From Chiloscyllium plagiosum (taxonomy: Eukaryota): a DNA stretch of 64,000 nt. The notes beneath the pieces were generated by a model. That model had not been told where the DNA came from. It saw only the letters and a list, made by a program, of their open reading frames with translations, and made no database searches. This document shows, in pieces, positions 26,385-37,588 of the stretch (within the stretch, counting starts at the first letter, position 1; each line of letters opens with the position of its first letter). A program made the position numbers and the translations under genes. Location: NCBI RefSeq assembly GCF_004010195.1, contig NC_057717.1, positions 103,811,179 through 103,875,178 of the forward strand, in the 5' to 3' direction.

Positions 26385-26600
26385 GAGGGCTGCAGATGCT
26401 GGAGATCAGAGTCGAGAGGGTGGTGCTGGAAAAGCACAGCAGGTCAGGCAGCATCTGAGGAGCAGGAGAATCGACGTGTCGGGCATGAGCCCTCATCAGG
26501 AAAGGGTTCCTGATTAAGGCCTTATGCCAAAACGTCGATTCTCCTGCTCCTTGGATGCTGCCTGGTCTGCTGTGCTTTTCCAGCATCACACTCTCGATCC
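26385..26600. mobile_element. Palindromic (head-to-head) copy of the short Penelope-derived repeat; similar copies at 22962-23173, 45534-45725, ~29390-29560, ~51953-52085
   Basis: The left arm GTGCTGGAAAAGCACAGCAGGTCAGGCAGCATC...TCGACGTGTCGGGCATGAGCCCTCATCAGGAA is the near reverse complement of the right arm. Confidence 0.8.
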
Positions 26601-27552
26601 TCAGCATCATACGCACCTAAATTACATCTCTCGTTCTCCTAATCTCCAGAGAGTTTCAGCCAAAACTGCTCGATCTCTCTTCATAAGCCAAACTCCAGTT
26701 AGCCCCTGCTTGTTCCTCATATCCATAGCTTCACACATATCTCAGTATGTCACCTATTTCTCCACTTCCCTTTTGGAAGACACAATTGAATCTCTTTCCA
26801 ACTCTGACGCACCACATTCCAAACCAGAACCATTGAATGGAAATGCTCCACATCATCCCCTTTTGATTCCTTGACCAGCCACCTTCAATATTGTCACCTC
26901 ATTACCAACCCTTTTACCACAAGAAGCAGTCCCTCCCTATCAACTCTATCAGTCTGAGCCTCTCTTTTACATCTCCTCTCCCCTCTCCCTACCCCACTCC
27001 AAAAACAATAATATCAGCCTCTCTTGTCTTTTTCATGTCAGTAGGAACAGGCCATTTAGCCCATCGGTAAGATCCTACTGATCTGATTGCAGCCTTTGTA
27101 TTACCTTCTTCACTGTCCCTCATAATCATGGGCTCTGTTGTCCATCAGAACCCAGTTTAGATTTTTCAACATTTTCAATGACTCCAGTTTCCGCTACTCT
27201 CTGGGCAAGAGATTCCCAAACACTGATGGAAGAAATCTCAGCTCACTGAGGAGTGAGGTAACTACAGGCTTCGAAATTTAATCGAAACCAGGAATCCTTG
27301 GCATCTCATGAGGTATCCGCAGCGCAAATGGTTCTAGAAAGTTCCATTCAGGGAGAGGGTGATGCCAATGGAGAAAAAAAGTGGTGTAGTGCCTCGAGTA
27401 GGCCAGGTCGGTGCCTGTGTGAAATGTTGAAAGACTCTCAAAAAAAATGGTAGTCATTCGTTTCGATGTGTGTGCCTTTAAGGAATGTAATCACGCCATA
27501 TTTTGTTAATAAGTGTGTTTATAAACACTTCTTTTCCCTATAAAACTTTTAG

Positions 27553-27766
27553 ATGGACATTTTCCAGAGAATTTCTCCATCCTAATGACACTGAAGGCCA
27601 AGAAAATGTCTCAGTTTTTCCTGCTGTCCATTTACAATGACCAAGGAATACAACAGCTCGGGGTAGAGATTGGGCGATCTCCTGTCTTCCTTTATGAGGA
27701 TCAAACAGGCAAACCAACCCCTGAGGAATATCCCATCTTCAAAAAAATTAACCTGGCTGATGGCAA
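27553..27766 (+). CDS. Clade-B fibrillar collagen (COL5A3/COL5A1/COL11A-type) N-terminal TSPN/laminin-G domain exon
   Basis: TTTTAG|AT...AA|GTAAGT, 214 bp: (D)[70 protein letters not shown](K). 'GHFPENFS' favours COL5A3. Confidence 0.93.
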
Positions 27767-29926
27767 GTAAGTACAGCACACTTTCACCCTTCCTCCTACT
27801 GTTCAGTCACTCGTCAATGTTTACCTCAGATGCATCTTTGCATGAACCACTGGCGGAGTCAGTTAATGTCTCCAGTTTACTATCTGCGTTCCAAAGGTAG
27901 TGTATTCCATTGCGTCCAGTTATGCAGCATGTTTAAGAAGGGAGATGTCCCCAAGGCACATTATAGCAGGGTTATACTCAGAATCCCTACAGTGTGGAAA
28001 CAAGTCCTTCGGCCCAACAAGTCCACACCGACCCTCCGAATAATAACCCATCCAGACCCATTCCCCGACCTTAATTATTCTATATTTACCCCTGATTAAT
28101 GCACCTAACCTACACTTCCCTGGACACAATGGGCAACTTCCCATAGCCAATCCACCCTAACTTGCACATCTTTGGATTGTGGGAGGAAACCCACGCAGAC
28201 ACTGGGAGAACGTGCAAACTCCACACCGACAGTCAACCAAGGTTGGAATCGAACCCGGGTCCCCGGCGCTGTGAGGCAGCAGTGCTAACCACTGAGCCAC
28301 CGTGCCGCCCCAATGACCAACATATGTCAAGAAAGGTCCTGTGACGTGGTGGTAGTGTCCGTATCTCTCGGCCAGAAGGTCCCACGTCAGGACGCGACGA
28401 AGACGTGCCGATAAAAATGTCCGAGCAGATAGCTTCATGTTATAAAGAAAACCAAAACCTGATTGTGAGATAGGAGGAGAGGTGTCCAAGAGGTTCCGGA
28501 ACAGAGGTTGGGTTTACGGGACTCTGTAAACAAAGAGAGCTGGAGAGCTCCTTCCAAGGTACCACAGTTTAAAGCAACAAGCAGCAAGGAGCAAAGGTCC
28601 TAAGGTCATTCTAGTTTCCCCAAAGCGGGTGTGACATCTAATTGTTTGATGCACTTTGTTGGCAGGGTCCTGTTGTCAATATACCTTCTACCAGTGGTGC
28701 TATCAATGGGATTGTGGTGAAGCATCATGACAGAATGTTCTAATTACTTCCACATGGTCTGGACAATATCCAGAATATTTGTAGGAACCAGCTCATCCAG
28801 AATAAGGGCGTTGGATATGAGCCAAGACTCGGTCATGAAAGGAGTGTTCTCTGATGATAGCCGCAGTGGGAATCACAGATTGCCTACAGTGTGTGAGCAG
28901 GCCATTCGACCCATCCAGACCACACCAATCACCTGAAGAGCTTCCCACCCAGTCACTGTAACCCTGCATTTCCCCATGGCTAACCTACCTGGCTTGCAAA
29001 TCCCTGGACACAATGGGCAATTTAGCATGGCCAATCCACCCTAACCTGCAGAAACTTTGGAAGAAAACCAGAGCACCCAGAGGAAACCCACCCAGACACA
29101 GGGAGAATGTGCAAACTGCACACAGACAGTCACCTGAGAGTGGAATTGAATCTGGGTCCCCATTGCTGTAAGGCAGCAGTGCTAACCACTGAGCCACCAT
29201 GCCTGCCCAATGATTAGAATTTTTCAGAATATTTGTCTTAATCGTTGGCTGTCTTGTCCGTCAGAATACTGTTTAGATTATTGAACATGTTCACTGCTCT
29301 CTACTTCACTACTAATGACCCTCTGAAGGAAGAAATCTGACCTCCTTGAAGAGTGGCACACACCAGCCCCCTCCTCACTCTCTCAATGAAAGCAAATGCT
29401 GGAGATTGAGACAAATGCAAAAAAAAACTGCTGGAGGAACTCAGCAGGGTCAGTGAAGAGAGAAAGAGAGACAGAGTTAACATTTTGAGTCCGTTATGAT
29501 CCTTGTTCAGGACTGGAGACCCAGAGAGCTGCCAGACCTGCTGAGTTTCTCCAACACTTTCTGCGCTGGCCCCTCCTCCACCTCGTCCTTTCGATGCACC
29601 CCCTTATGCCGAACACTCTGGCGAACCTTGGGATCACGTGGCCGAGTGCTCCCCCCATCGGGTATGATCGAAACCGTTCTGTGCAAGGCCGCTCCCCACG
29701 CCCGTGAAGTGCGTTGGGATGATGTTGAAGGCGCTATGTAAATGCAGGCTATCGGGGTGTGGGGTGGGCAGACTGAGTGCACAATTGTTGCTGGATGGGA
29801 GTGTTCGGTTGTCGCTTGAGCGAGTGCTGTTTCTTCCGGTGAGTAACCCTCGCGCCCAGCAGTGCGTCAGGCTCAGGTCTGTTCACGCCCTCGTCTCTGA
29901 CGGTACCCGCTGGTTGTGTTTTGCAG

Positions 29927-30089
29927 GTGGCACCGCCTGGCGATCAGCGTTGAAGGGAAGAATGTCACGCTGATCATTGACTGCAGCCAGCAGATATCTG
30001 AGCATCTAGCTCGAAGTGACAATCCAGAGATCAGCACCAATGGAATCACCGTGTTCGGTACCAGGATATTGGATGAGGAAGTGTTTGAG
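29927..30089 (+). CDS. Next exon of the same clade-B collagen TSPN domain
   Basis: TTTTGCAG|G...GAG|GTTAGT, 163 bp, phase-compatible with the previous exon: [19 protein letters not shown]...[19 protein letters not shown]. Confidence 0.93.
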
Positions 30090-32553
30090 GTTAGTGTGAT
30101 GGTTTGTCAGCCAATAGAGTCTGGCATGCCTTTGTTTTATTCTGTGGGCTCCCCTTATGTGTCTTTTGGGTCCCCCCCTCCATCAACCAGTAGCTAATCT
30201 CACCGATTCAGACAGAGTGGAAACAAGCCCTCTTACTCGGGGCATGGAGTTGGCAAACCATGTTGCAGCTGTAGAAAGCCCTTGTTAGGCCGCACTTGGA
30301 GTATTGTCTGCAGTTTTGATTGCCACACTACCAGAAGGACGTTGGAAGCTTTGGAGAGAGTGCAGAGAAGGTTCACCAGGATGTTGCCTGGTCTCGAGGG
30401 CGTGGCTGTGGGGAAAGGTTGGGTGGCACGGTGGCTCAGTGGTTAGCACTGCTACCTCACAATGCCAGGGACCCGAGTTCAATTCCAGCCTCGGGCGACT
30501 GTCTGTGTGGAGTTTGTACATTCTCCCCGTGTCTGTGTGGGTTTCCTCCGGGTGCGCCGATTTCCTCTCACAATCCAAGGATGTGCAGGTCAGGTGAATT
30601 GGCCATGCTAAATTGCCCCATAGTGCTAGGTGCATTAGTCAGGGGTAAAGATCGGGACTGTGCACTCTTCAGCAGGTCAGTGTGGACTTGATGGGCCAAA
30701 GGGTCTGTTTCCATACTGTAGGGAATCTATAAAAGAAAGACCAGGATTGTTTTCACTGGAAAGACAGCGGCTGGGCAGAGACCTGATAGAGGGCTACACA
30801 ATGATGACAGGATGGATAGTTTCCCAGGGTTAAAGTTTCAATTACAAGAGGGTATAGGTTCAAGGTGAGAGCGGGAACATTTAAGGGGAGATGTGCGAGG
30901 GAAGGTTTTCACACGGAGAGTGTTAGGAGCCTGGAACGCACTGTCAGAAGAGGGGGGGGAAATCAGGCATATTGGAGACATTTAAGAGGCATCTGGATGG
31001 TTACATGAATAGGGAGGGAATAGGGGGATATTTACAGAATAAGGACAGTTTTTTAGTTTAGTTGGGGCATAATGATTTGCCCAGGCTTAGAGGGCCGAAG
31101 GGCCTCTTTTGTTCTTATGTTTTTGTTAGGAATTTGTAAAATGCCATTTTGACTGACCGTGACTACAAATTGTGTGTCTTTTGAACAAAATACAATGTAT
31201 GTTCTTTTGAGGTTATTCAACTCCAGACCTTTATTTCTGTCATGGGTTTAGCGCAAAATCGATGTTCAAGTGTAGCAATTCTTGGAGAGGGTCAGGGAGA
31301 GCTCCATTTTCACCAGGCTCCAGGCTGAGTGGCGCAAACCATTGAGCAACTCGAGATCACTCACACCTGGGCAGGAGCCTCACTGTTTACTGGGGGATTC
31401 ATAGAGGCAAGCTTCCTTTCAAGCAGCTGCTAAAATCCAGGCCAGTTACCCAGACGGTTCTGCCGATTAACTATATCGCCACAACGTGCTGTGGCGCCCG
31501 GTCACACTGTCAAATGCTCATTACCCCTGGCCAGTGTAGGGAAGTCAACAAATTATCTCCAACTGAGAGAGTGTTTCAAACCGTGTCCGTCACAAAAGTA
31601 TGTCCCCCACTACCAGGGGGATTCCAGAACGTGGGGACCACTGCTGAAAATTCTCGGTGGGGCGAAGGAGAAATTCCTTCCCTCAGAGGTCAGACTATAG
31701 AATTCCGTCCCATAGTGGGTCTTATCAAATATATCCAACACCAATTTAGACAGACGTTTGATTGACGAGGGTGTCAAAGGTTACTGTTGTTGGGGTGGGG
31801 GGGGGACATCTGATGGGAATGAGGAGTGAAGACCACAGTAAGATCAGCCATGATCTTATCAAGTGGCAGAACAGGCTAGAGGGGCCAAATGGCCTACTTT
31901 TCCTCTGATCCCTAACGGGCGGCACAGTGGTTCAGTGGTTAGCACTGCTGCCTCACAGCACCAAGGTCCTGAGTTCGATTCTAGCCTCGGGCGACTCTCT
32001 GTGTGGAGTTTGTTCATTCTCCCCGTGTCTCCGGGTGCTCCGGTTTCCTCCCACAGTCCAAAGATGTCTAGGTTAGGGTGGATTGGCCATGCTAAGATGC
32101 CCATAGTGTTAGGTGCATTAGTCTGAGGGAAATGGGCCTGGGTGGGTTCCTCTTCGGAGGGTCGGTGTGGACTTGGTGGGCCGAAGGGCCTGTTTCCACA
32201 CTGTAGGGATTCTAAAAATCTCATAAAGGGGAATAAATGTGGCATTACAGAACGGTATAGTAAGGGCTGAAGGAAAATCTCAGGGGAAGAGTTTAACTCC
32301 CAATGCCGGGTGTTACATTCCACCTATATATAGGTAGATGACAACTCTGCTCAGAGAAAGTTTAAGGAAGTCACATTTATTGGATTGCAAAGTGTGGTTC
32401 CCAAATTAGACCGGGTTTCCGTGTTTGAAAGGGAGGCGTCTCCATCTCCAACCCATCCTGAACCTGATTTTGGAGTGTTCATCAATGATATTAAGTCGCT
32501 ATAAGGTCCCTTCACCCTACCTGTCACCCTTCACCCTTCACCCTTCACCCTAC

Positions 32554-32624
32554 CTGTCATTTGGAAACTGTGGTGTTTCTGGTTGATTTTGATTCTTCCT
32601 TCGCAATCTTCGAATGATCAGATT
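32554..32624 (-). CDS. RASAL3: Probable RASAL3-like exon NLIIRRLRRKNQNQPETPQFPND(R)
   Basis: Pyrimidine-rich acceptor CTCTTCACTCCTGTTCCAG| and donor AG|GTAGGG; 71 bp. The basic motif parallels 'GLLKRLKEKK' (RASAL3) and 'GFLSRRLKGSIKR' (SynGAP/DAB2IP) at the same exon position. Confidence 0.6.
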
Positions 32625-33139
32625 CTGGAACAGGAGTGAAGAGCGTTAATTCCGCGAGGGCTGGGCCGAGTACACACCCCTCCGAGAGCAACAGACAGCC
32701 TTCAGTCTTTCACACACTGCGGTGATGAATGGAACAGGGTGGGGCAGCGAGGTAATGCCTACTCAGAGAGCAGGGACCTTCCGGAACCCTCTGAGGGCGA
32801 GAGGGGGAAAAGAGAAAGGAGGAGAGACAGAAGGAGAAAGAGGAAGAAAAAAGGGTGAAAGAGGAGAAAGAAAGAAAGTGAGAGAGCGAGAGAGAAAAAG
32901 TCTGGTAGTGTTTTCTGGCACCTGGGGAGTGCATCAATTTTTTTATGTTGGGATGTGTTGATGTCTGTAAGGTGGCCAAGGGGAGGCAGTGTTCGTCCTC
33001 CTGACTTAAAGAGCCGTTCATCCTTCAGGAGAAGATTATGATTTCTTCTAACATTGGTGAACCCCCTGGATTAATCACCAGCATTTTTATTTTTACCTCC
33101 TTAAATGTGGCCTATTTGTGGGAAGTGGGGAGGGGGGTG

Positions 33140-33368
33140 GTGGGGAGAGTTAGCTTCAATGGTTGATTTGCGATGTAGACTGACGCCAACAGTGAGGGGT
33201 CAATTCCAACACCGGCCAAGGTTACTATGAAGGATTCTCCTTCTCAATCTCTCCCCTCGCCTGAGAGGTGGTGACCCTCGGGTTAAACTAACACCAGCCA
33301 TCTCTCCCTCTCTCTCTAATGAAACAGCAGCCCCAGGGTCCTCTGGGACTATGGCGACTTCACTTACT
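33140..33368 (+). mobile_element. Second tRNA-derived SINE-like element
   Basis: Head with A-box-like TAGCTTCAATGG and B-box-like GGTCAATTCC; the body is unrelated to HE1. Confidence 0.45.
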
Positions 33369-33716
33369 AACTATAATCGTTGTGACACACTTGCACACAC
33401 CTGGATTTATTTGGAGCAGCTGGTGAACAGTGAGGTGGGCACAGCGGGTTGGTATTAGGTTTAAGGACCCCCTTTGCACTCTTACAAGTCTGTTCATCAT
33501 TACTGAGGGCTGGAGTCAAATTGTGTACTTTCCACCAAAATCAATTAATCGACAATAAAACAGGAAGTGGCTTCGTGTACTTCGTGTAACTTAACTAAAA
33601 ACAACTTTATAACCCACAGAAATCTGTACTGCCTTGCTGTAATAACTACGAACAGCAGTGAGAACACCAGAGTGATGATTTTAGTACTTCTGATAAGATA
33701 TCACTAAAGAATGCAA

Positions 33717-34045
33717 GTGTGCGTGTGAGAGTGTGTGTGTGTATGTGTGTGTATGCATGCGTGTGTCTGTATGTGTGTGTGTATGTGCAAGTCTGTGTGT
33801 ATATTTGTGTACGTGAGTGTATGTATGTGTGTGTGAGAATGTGTGTATGTGCACGTGAGTGTGTGTATAAGAGTGTGAGTGTGTGTGTGTAAGTGTGTGT
33901 TTGAGAGTGTGTGTGAGAGTCTGTGAATGAGAGAGTGTGTGTGTGTGTGTCTGTATGTCTGGGTGAGTGTGTGTGCGTGTGTGTGTGTGAGTAAGTGTGA
34001 GTGAGTGAGTGAATAAGTGAGCGAGTGAGTGAGTGAGTGAGTGTA
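33717..34045. repeat. Degenerate (TG)n/(GTGA)n microsatellite
   Basis: Directly visible. Confidence 0.95.
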
Positions 34046-34961
34046 GATAAGATCAACTTAAGAGACTATATTTCCCCAAGGCCATGTTAATGGGAGTTAT
34101 GTCAGACCAGGGGATCTGGAATGTGGGCCCAGTACATTCCAAACCCTCAGCCACTACCACCAACAGGACAACAGCAGCAGAGACATGAATACACCAGACC
34201 CTTTATTGTTCCCTCCAAACCACATACCATTCGGATTTGGGAATAGCTTGTTCTTCCCTCACCGTCTCTGGGTCAAAATCCTGGAACTTGCTCCCTAATA
34301 GCACTCTGTGTTTTGTTCCTACATCCCAGGAGGGCAGTGGTTCAAGAAGGCAGCTCACTGCCATTTTCTCAGGGGGCAGCTAGGAAGGAGTGACTAACTC
34401 CAGCCTTGTCAGTGACACCCACAGCTTGTGGAAGCATTTATTTCCAAAGAAAAATCAGAAACCCTGAGCTTGTACATGGAACATAGAACATTCCAGCGCA
34501 GTACAGGCCCTTCGGCCCTCGATGTTGCACCGACCTGTGGAACCAATCTGAAGCCCATCGAACCTACACTATTCCATTCTCATCCATATGCCTATCCAAT
34601 GGCCATTTAAATGCCCTGTAAAGTTGGCGAGTCTACTACTGTTGCGGGCTGAGTGTTCCACACCCCTACTAATCTCTGAGTAAAGAGTCAAAGAGGTTGT
34701 GGTTTCTTCCTATGTTTGAGACATTGAGTCTGACGTTTAGTTGTGGGCAGGAACTCTTGATACATTCTTAAAGGAAAAGCCAAATGCGAGATGAGGAACT
34801 TCAGTTTCAGGCAGACAGAAAGGAGAAGCTGAGGGTGGTGTCCTGAGAACTGGGAGGGTGCAGAGGAAATTGAAAAGGGATGGTCAAAACTAGCACAGGC
34901 TTCCGTTCGAGAGAATCGAGGGAAATTATCTGGAGGGTTCACAACTGGAGGATTCAATCAG

Positions 34962-35595
34962 TAGAATCCCTACAATGTAAAAACAGGCCCTTCGGCCCAA
35001 CAAGTCCACGGGCAGCATGGTGCCTCAGTGGTTAGCACTGCTGCCTCACAGCACCAGGGACCCGGGTTCGATTCCAACCTCAGGCGACTCTCTGTGTGGA
35101 GTTTGCACATTCTCATCGTGTCTGCGTGGGTTCCCTCCGGGTGCTCCGGTTTCCTCCCACAGTCCAAAAATGTGCAGGGCAGGATGGATTGGCCATGCTA
35201 AATTGCCCGTAGTGGTAGGTACATTAGTTAGAGGGAAATAGGTCTGGGTGGGGTTACTCTTTGGAGGGTCAGTGTGGACCAGTTGGGCTGAAGGGTCTGT
35301 TTCCACACTGTCGGGAATCAAAAAGCCCTCCAAAGAGTAACCCACCCAGACCCATTCCCCTACATCCACCCCTGACTAATGCACCTAACTGACACATCCC
35401 TGAACACTATAGGGCAATTTAGCACAGCAAACTCACCCTAACCTGCACATCTTTGGATCTTGGGAGGAAACGAAAGCACCCAGAGGAAACTCACACCGAC
35501 ACAGGGAGAACATACAGGCACCACATAGATAGTCCCCGAGGCTGGAATCGAACCCAGGACCAGTGAGGCAGCAGCGCTAACCACTGTGCCACCCC
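34962..35595. mobile_element. Minus-strand HE1 SINE with a plus-strand HE1 SINE (~35009-35320) inserted into it
   Basis: The host SINE tail breaks at CAAGTCCAC and resumes at CCCTCCAAAGAGTAACCC after the inserted copy. Confidence 0.8.
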
Positions 35596-35919
35596 AAATC
35601 ACTGGCTAAAAGAACAGGAGGAGAGATGACCAGCAGATTCTGGATGTTCAGAGGGTTGTTAGGGTCTGAAACCGACTGCCTGAAGGGGCAGGGGAATGGT
35701 TATTGTCAAAAGGGAATTGGATACAGGTTTTGCAAGGGGGAGGGTTTACAGGAGACGGGGCAGAGGACTGGGGATAACGCTAACAGAGAGCTGGTTTAAA
35801 CGCAATCAGTCTCCATAACAACCAGAAACGAGTGATTCAAATCAACACAAAACAAACACAGAAGAAAGAAGGTGTTACTCGCGATGGCACCCAGTGTGGA
35901 ATAGCTCGAAGCAACTTAC

Positions 35920-36097
35920 CTTCACGTTGTTCACTGGGCGCTCGCCAGTGCCTCCTGCCCGTTCCAATTTCCTCACAGAAGCTGGGCTCCTTTTGCCAGG
36001 TACAGAGTCTAAGGGAAGAGACAGACTAGGGTCAAGAGGAACCTGGTTGAGGTTAACTTTGATCAGCTCTTCCTGTGGCATGGACCCCTCCAAAGCC
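35920..36097 (-). CDS. RASAL3: Probable upstream coding exon of the RASAL3-like RasGAP (region N-terminal to the PH core)
   Basis: Acceptor ...CTGCTTCAG| and donor AAG|GTAAGT. The 178-bp exon reads (x)ALEGSMPQEEL...GTGERPVNNVK, whose end resembles RASAL3 '..QVHNVR|GLLKRL' as recalled. Its phase-0 exit fits the next exon. Confidence 0.6.
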
Positions 36098-36624
36098 CTG
36101 AAGCAGCAGGGAGAATCTGCAAATCCCCGTCCACCCCGATTCACCCACAATCCCCGTGCCCACTGACTCGCACGGCATTTTCCCTCCAGTTGTGCCTCAG
36201 TTTAAAAAACATCCACCTCCCCACCCCCCCCCGACCACGTCCAACCGGACAATCTACACAGACATCAACACACCTCCATCTCCAGCACACCCCTGACCTC
36301 CACGGCCCCACTCACAGAGTGCTCAGAGCGGGGGCTTTCAAGGTGGAGAGGGAGGGATGGCAGCTGGGGAACCAGTCAGCCGAGGACGGAGTAGATTGAC
36401 ATGGGACATGCAGAGGATTGCCAGCCTGGAGGAGGGCAGAGGGGTGGTGATGGAGGAGGTGACAGCGATATGGAGGGGGTGTAGGGGATGGAGAAGATGA
36501 CAGCGATAGGGAGGGGGTGTAGGGGCTGGAGGAGGTTATAGAGATAGGGAGGGTGTGTAGGGGATGGAGAGGATGACAGCGATAGGGAGGGATGTAGGGG
36601 CGGGAGGAGGTTACAGAGGTGGGG

Positions 36625-37588
36625 ATGTCCCTCAGTTAGACCCACACTGGGAGCACTGTGCACAGTTCCGGTCTCTATGTCCCTCAGTTAGACCCACACT
36701 GGGAGCACTGTGCACAGTTCCGGTCTCTATGTCCCTCAGTTAGACCCACACTGGGAGCACTGTGCACAGTTCCGGTCTCTATATCCCTCAGTTAGACCCA
36801 CACTGGGAGCACTGTGCACAGTTCCGGTCTCTATGTCCCTCAGTTAGACCCACACTGGGAGCACTGTGCACAGTTCCGGTCTCTATATCCCTCAGTTAGA
36901 CCCACACTGGGAGCACTGTGCACAGTTCCGGTCTCTATATCCCTCAGTTAGACCCACACTGGGAGCACTGTGCACAGTTCCGGTCTCTATATCCCTCAGT
37001 TAGACCCACACTGGGAGCACTGTGCACAGTTCCGGTCTCTATATCCCTCAGTTAGACCCACACTGGGAGCACTGTGCACAGTTCCGGTCTCTATGTCCCT
37101 CAGTTAGACCCACACTGGGAGCACTGTGCACAGTTCCGGTCTCTATATCCCTCAGTTAGACCCACACTGGGAGCACTGTGCACAGTTCCGGTCTCTATAT
37201 CCCTCAGTTAGACCCACACTGGGAGCACTGTGCACAGTTCCGGTCTCTATATCCCTCAGTTAGACCCACACTGGGAGCACTGTGCACAGTTCCGGTCTCT
37301 ATATCCCTCAGTTAGACCCACACTGGGAGCACTGTGCACAGTTCCGGTCTCTATATCCCTCAGTTAGACCCACACTGGGAGCACTGTGCACAGTTCCGGT
37401 CTCTATGTCCCTCAGTTAGACCCACACTGGGAGCACTGTGCACAGTTCCGGTCTCTATATCCCTCAGTTAGACCCACACTGGGAGCACTGTGCACAGTTC
37501 CAGTCTCTATATCCCTCAGTTAGACCCACACTGGGAGCACTGTGCACAGTTCCAGTCTCTATATCCCTCAGTTAGACCCACACTGGGA
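36625..37588. repeat. 52-bp minisatellite, ~18.5 near-identical copies
   Basis: Unit (A/G)TCCCTCAGTTAGACCCACACTGGGAGCACTGTGCACAGTTCC(G/A)GTCTCTAT; period measured 36627->36679. Confidence 0.97.

Noticed and set aside
31916..31990. tRNA-like sequences with A and B boxes
   Set aside because: These are HE1 SINE heads continuing into the V-domain, not tRNA genes.
32519..32553. Duplicated donor GACAG|GTAGGG 33 nt downstream of the exon end
   Set aside because: The extension reads AGG TAG, an immediate stop, so it is not a productive in-frame isoform.
36654..36667. CACTGTG-CACAGTT in each 52-bp unit resembles a RAG signal joint (two head-to-head RSS heptamers)
   Set aside because: There is no ACAAAAACC-like nonamer at 12 or 23 bp on either side, and the motif is explained by CR1 codons for H-C-A-Q-F.
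36625..37588. CRISPR-like array (regular repeats with an internal palindrome)
   Set aside because: Units are head-to-tail with no unique spacers, there are no cas genes, and the context is vertebrate. It is a minisatellite.
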